Source of the DNA: Sphyrna mokarran
Taxonomy: Eukaryota
Assembly: GCA_024679065.1 (NCBI GenBank)
Contig: JAGIQG010000006.1
Location: 39,618,001 to 39,682,000 of the forward strand
Reading direction: 5' to 3'
DNA: 64,000 nt
Shown: piece after piece, positions 60,802 through 64,000 of the stretch
How positions within the stretch are numbered: the stretch's first letter is position 1
Layout: every line of letters starts with the position of its first letter
Notes under the pieces: model-generated
What the model saw: the letters and a program-made list of their open reading frames with translations, nothing else
What the model was told of the DNA's origin: nothing
The model's database searches: none
Program-made: the position numbers and the translations under genes

Positions 60802-61301
60802 CTTGATTATATCCAAAGCACGTAAAGCGTGCTGTGCTTGTAATGCTTCTAAAGGATCTTCTATTGTAAGTTAGTCAGGTATTTGCATTTCGTTGTGATG
60901 CCATCAGGAACCATGAGGCAACTATCATTGGGAAGTGGTGCATTCACCAACAACAGTTATCTATGTGAAATTGACTCCCATAATCATTTCCAATTTTTTT
61001 TATCAGGATTAGACCAAAATAACTGGTGGCATCATAGCCTATTGAGCATGACAAAGACCACTTTAACTCGAATGTTTACTTCAATGAGAAAAGGCTATGC
61101 AACATCGATGCAAATTTTCATGTTGCTGCCCCTATGATTGATTATTCATGCTTGATGTATCAAATGAATTGTGAAATACATTTTCTTTAATGCAACTAAT
61201 AAGGAAGTTGAAGCAATTGAACAGCATGTGAATGTGCCCTATTGATCTGTAGAAAGTCCCATTGACAAAAGTTACATTCAATTTGTGCTTTTTACTTGTA
61301 G

Positions 61302-61380
61302 TTTCCAATGGGTCCTGGCTCAGATGGTCCAATAGGGGCAATGGGTGGAATGGAACCACATCACATGAATGGATCATTAG
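61302..61380 (+). CDS. SSBP2: SSBP2 coding exon K ([27 protein letters not shown]), 79 nt, phase 0-1
   Basis: Acceptor tttacttgtag| and donor TAG|gtaaaa. Conserved [10 protein letters not shown]...HHMNGSLG. Confidence 0.95.
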
Positions 61381-63825
61381 GTAAAAAGGAAATGAATAAA
61401 GCATAATGAATTTTTATTCACTTTGCCATATTAGCTATTCTGTTGTATTTCTGCGGATGGTAGCTTTTTAAATCTCTTGTGAACCTCATGATAATTATGA
61501 ATGCACCTCAGAAACTTCCTGATGTGGATACAACAATATCTGAGAGGCTTGATTCCAATCCACACAAACAACCTTAAGTTGGCATATCTAATTCAGTATT
61601 AATGTGATACATCGAAGTAAGGCAGCTGCTCACTGATTATAATCAACCCTCTGGGAGTAACATTTCCTAATGTCATTTTACCCCTTGGTGAATTTTGTTT
61701 ACTCTGAATCTGAGTATGAGATTAAGAAAAAGAATTATTAAGAAAACTACTCAATTTAAGCATTTTCAAGTGAATTCTTTATGTATTATATTTTCTCTCC
61801 TGACACTTCAGCAAATATATTTTCTCTTATTAGTTATTGTATTTACTAATCATTTGTTTATGGTAGGAAAAATATTACTAAGAGCAAAGGAATAGAAAAA
61901 TCTTTTCTTGCAAGTTCTTAGGCTTAGCTGCATGTTGTCCGTTGATGCGAAAATACTTGGTTACTCTTTCTGCATTCTATTATTTTCCTGCCCTGTCTCA
62001 GTTGTGATAACATTGTTATTCAAATTGAATTTGATTTTAACACAAAAAATGATTTTTTATCTCTGAGATTAGCATGTCCCCCAGTACAGTACATCCGGAT
62101 TACCAGTGTATCTTCGAATGTATCTAAAGCAAGGTATTAAGAGTAGATTGAATCATGGTGCAAAATCCTTCATGGAACAGCAGTGCTTTAATCAAGAATG
62201 GAATACAGAGTGCCATCCAATCCTGTGTAGTCTTTTTTCCTTCCTGCATCCTTTCCTTCATTCTCTGCTAGTGAATATTTTAAATTCTAATTCCTTTTGA
62301 TCCTTATTTTTTGATTATAATTAAAGGGTAAGTATGGGCCAGCACAGAATGTTAGCATTCGGGTGCCAACAGTTGCAAGTTCAAATTTTTGACCTATTAC
62401 TCTGACTCACTGCCTCAGTTGGATGAAGTTTTTATTTTATCAACCAAGCAGCTGGAAATCAGACATTCCATTTGGAGGAAGGGAGGAGAAACTGGACAGA
62501 AATTATTTGCATTTCTTGAATTTGGCTTGCTGCCTTACTGCCTTACTGATTGTTGAGTTACATTGAAAGCAATTGTACTGAAATAAACAGCCCCTAAGAA
62601 GTTCTGTCCAGAGCTGGTGGACAAGGTGTGTTGATAGATGCCGCTTCCCAGGACACACTCAAAATAAAATTGGAGGGTAGGTAAATTACAGTGTAGTGCA
62701 ATAGATTGCTTGTTTGAATTATGCAGAGTGTGTTACAGTGAAGTCCACCATTCAGAATTGGATCATGACCAACCTGTACTTCAATTCCTTTCACAGGCCT
62801 GAGTTTAATGTGACAAAAGCCCAAAAGCAGTGAGAGACCTTTAGTGCATCTGTGATTCACCTATACTGCACTGCTTTGTACAATAATCACAAGATATATT
62901 TCCCTCTTGTTTTTATTCTGAAGATATAAAGTTCACTTTTGGGTACTGGTGAGATCATTCTTCCACATCAGAGTGAGTCATAATAGACAGGGGAAAGGGG
63001 AAAAATGAATACTGGCTGAGATTTTTCAGTAACAATTATGGCAAAACTTGCAAAGTTTGCATCATTTTTTCTGATAAACTGACAGCAACATCTGGAACCA
63101 CAGGTGCAGTTAAATGTTGAAATCTAGGAGGTGCTGTCAAGGATTTGATGTCTTTCTTTAGGATGCACTGTTGAAGTTGCTAAGACTGATGGATATCAGT
63201 GCATTCACTTTCTGGTTTGCTGATCATGGAAATGCTTCAATGTGTTTGAATGCTTACCATGCTGACTTATAACATTGTTATTGGATGCCTTGGATTTCCC
63301 TTCAACTTGGATCTGGATTTGATGTTAGGTTGGGTGAAGTGACATCTATGCTACAGAATTTGCTAGAATTTTGAAGTTTGCAATAAGTGTGCTCACTTGG
63401 CCTCCACTGCAAGTTTTGGGCCAGTATGAATTTGACACCAGAAATTATTTACAGTTACAGGATCCAAGGTGTAATATGTGTTAAAGACCAAGCTGGAAAT
63501 GTTAATCTCATCTTTTTAAGATAGTTTCTGTGTGTAAAGCGCAATCCAATTTTTATTGAACTTTTGAAGACTTGAGGGTACAAGGAAACCTGAAATTAAA
63601 TCACATATTTGTTTTTTGCAAACCAGTGTCATTTATTAGGCTAGTGAATCTGAAACACAATGAAGCTAATAATATCGCAAATGTCTGATTAATTTTCCTC
63701 AATCCTTCCTGTTGCAGCTAACAGTTTCTCCTGACTGAAAGATCATCGTCAAGTACTGCAGGGAAGTAATAGAGCTCAGATGGATGGAACAAAAACTAAT
63801 TAGGATGTTTGTCTTTTAATTTCAG

Positions 63826-63854
63826 GCTCTGGAGACATGGATGGCATTTCCAAG
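63826..63854 (+). CDS. SSBP2: SSBP2 coding exon L (G-SGDMDGISK), 29 nt, phase 1-0; the gene continues beyond the window
   Basis: Acceptor ttttaatttcag| and donor AAG|gtaaac. Matches GSGDMDSISK. Confidence 0.93.
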
Positions 63855-64000
63855 GTAAACATCATATTTAATAAGCAAGCTATTTTTAGCTTTTAACATA
63901 AAAGTATACATTAAATAAAATTAAATACATTAAATGGTACATGCTTAAAATTTATTTATTAATATCACAAGCAGGCGTGTATTAACACTGCAATGAAGTA

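Overview
This window is eukaryotic genomic DNA, almost certainly from a shark or other cartilaginous fish, judged from HE1-type V-SINEs, Deu-domain SINEs and shark-type CR1, L2 and Penelope families. It lies within a + strand SSBP2 gene (single-stranded DNA-binding protein 2, an SSDP-family LDB1 partner). Twelve coding exons between 12345 and 63854 have canonical AG/GT junctions and splice into one open frame of 762 nt (254 aa), or 786 nt with an alternative acceptor adding SDPWLSLQ. The N-terminal LUFS exons and the last exons lie outside the window. One 84-nt exon resembles an SSBP3/SSBP4 exon that I recall is missing from canonical human SSBP2. The introns are packed with transposon remnants: CR1, L2, L1, RTE and Rex1 LINEs, SINEs, a decayed two-gene PIF/Harbinger element with related MITEs, and Penelope-derived fold-back insertions with clear 9-13 bp target-site duplications. 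The only long ORF (508 aa) is a chimeric, 5'-truncated CR1 reverse transcriptase. The most unusual observation is a pair of Penelope-derived hairpins in one 2-kb intron that carry minimal hammerhead ribozyme motifs on the pre-mRNA strand, one with an intact catalytic core. Family names and human paralog comparisons come from recalled sequences, not database searches.
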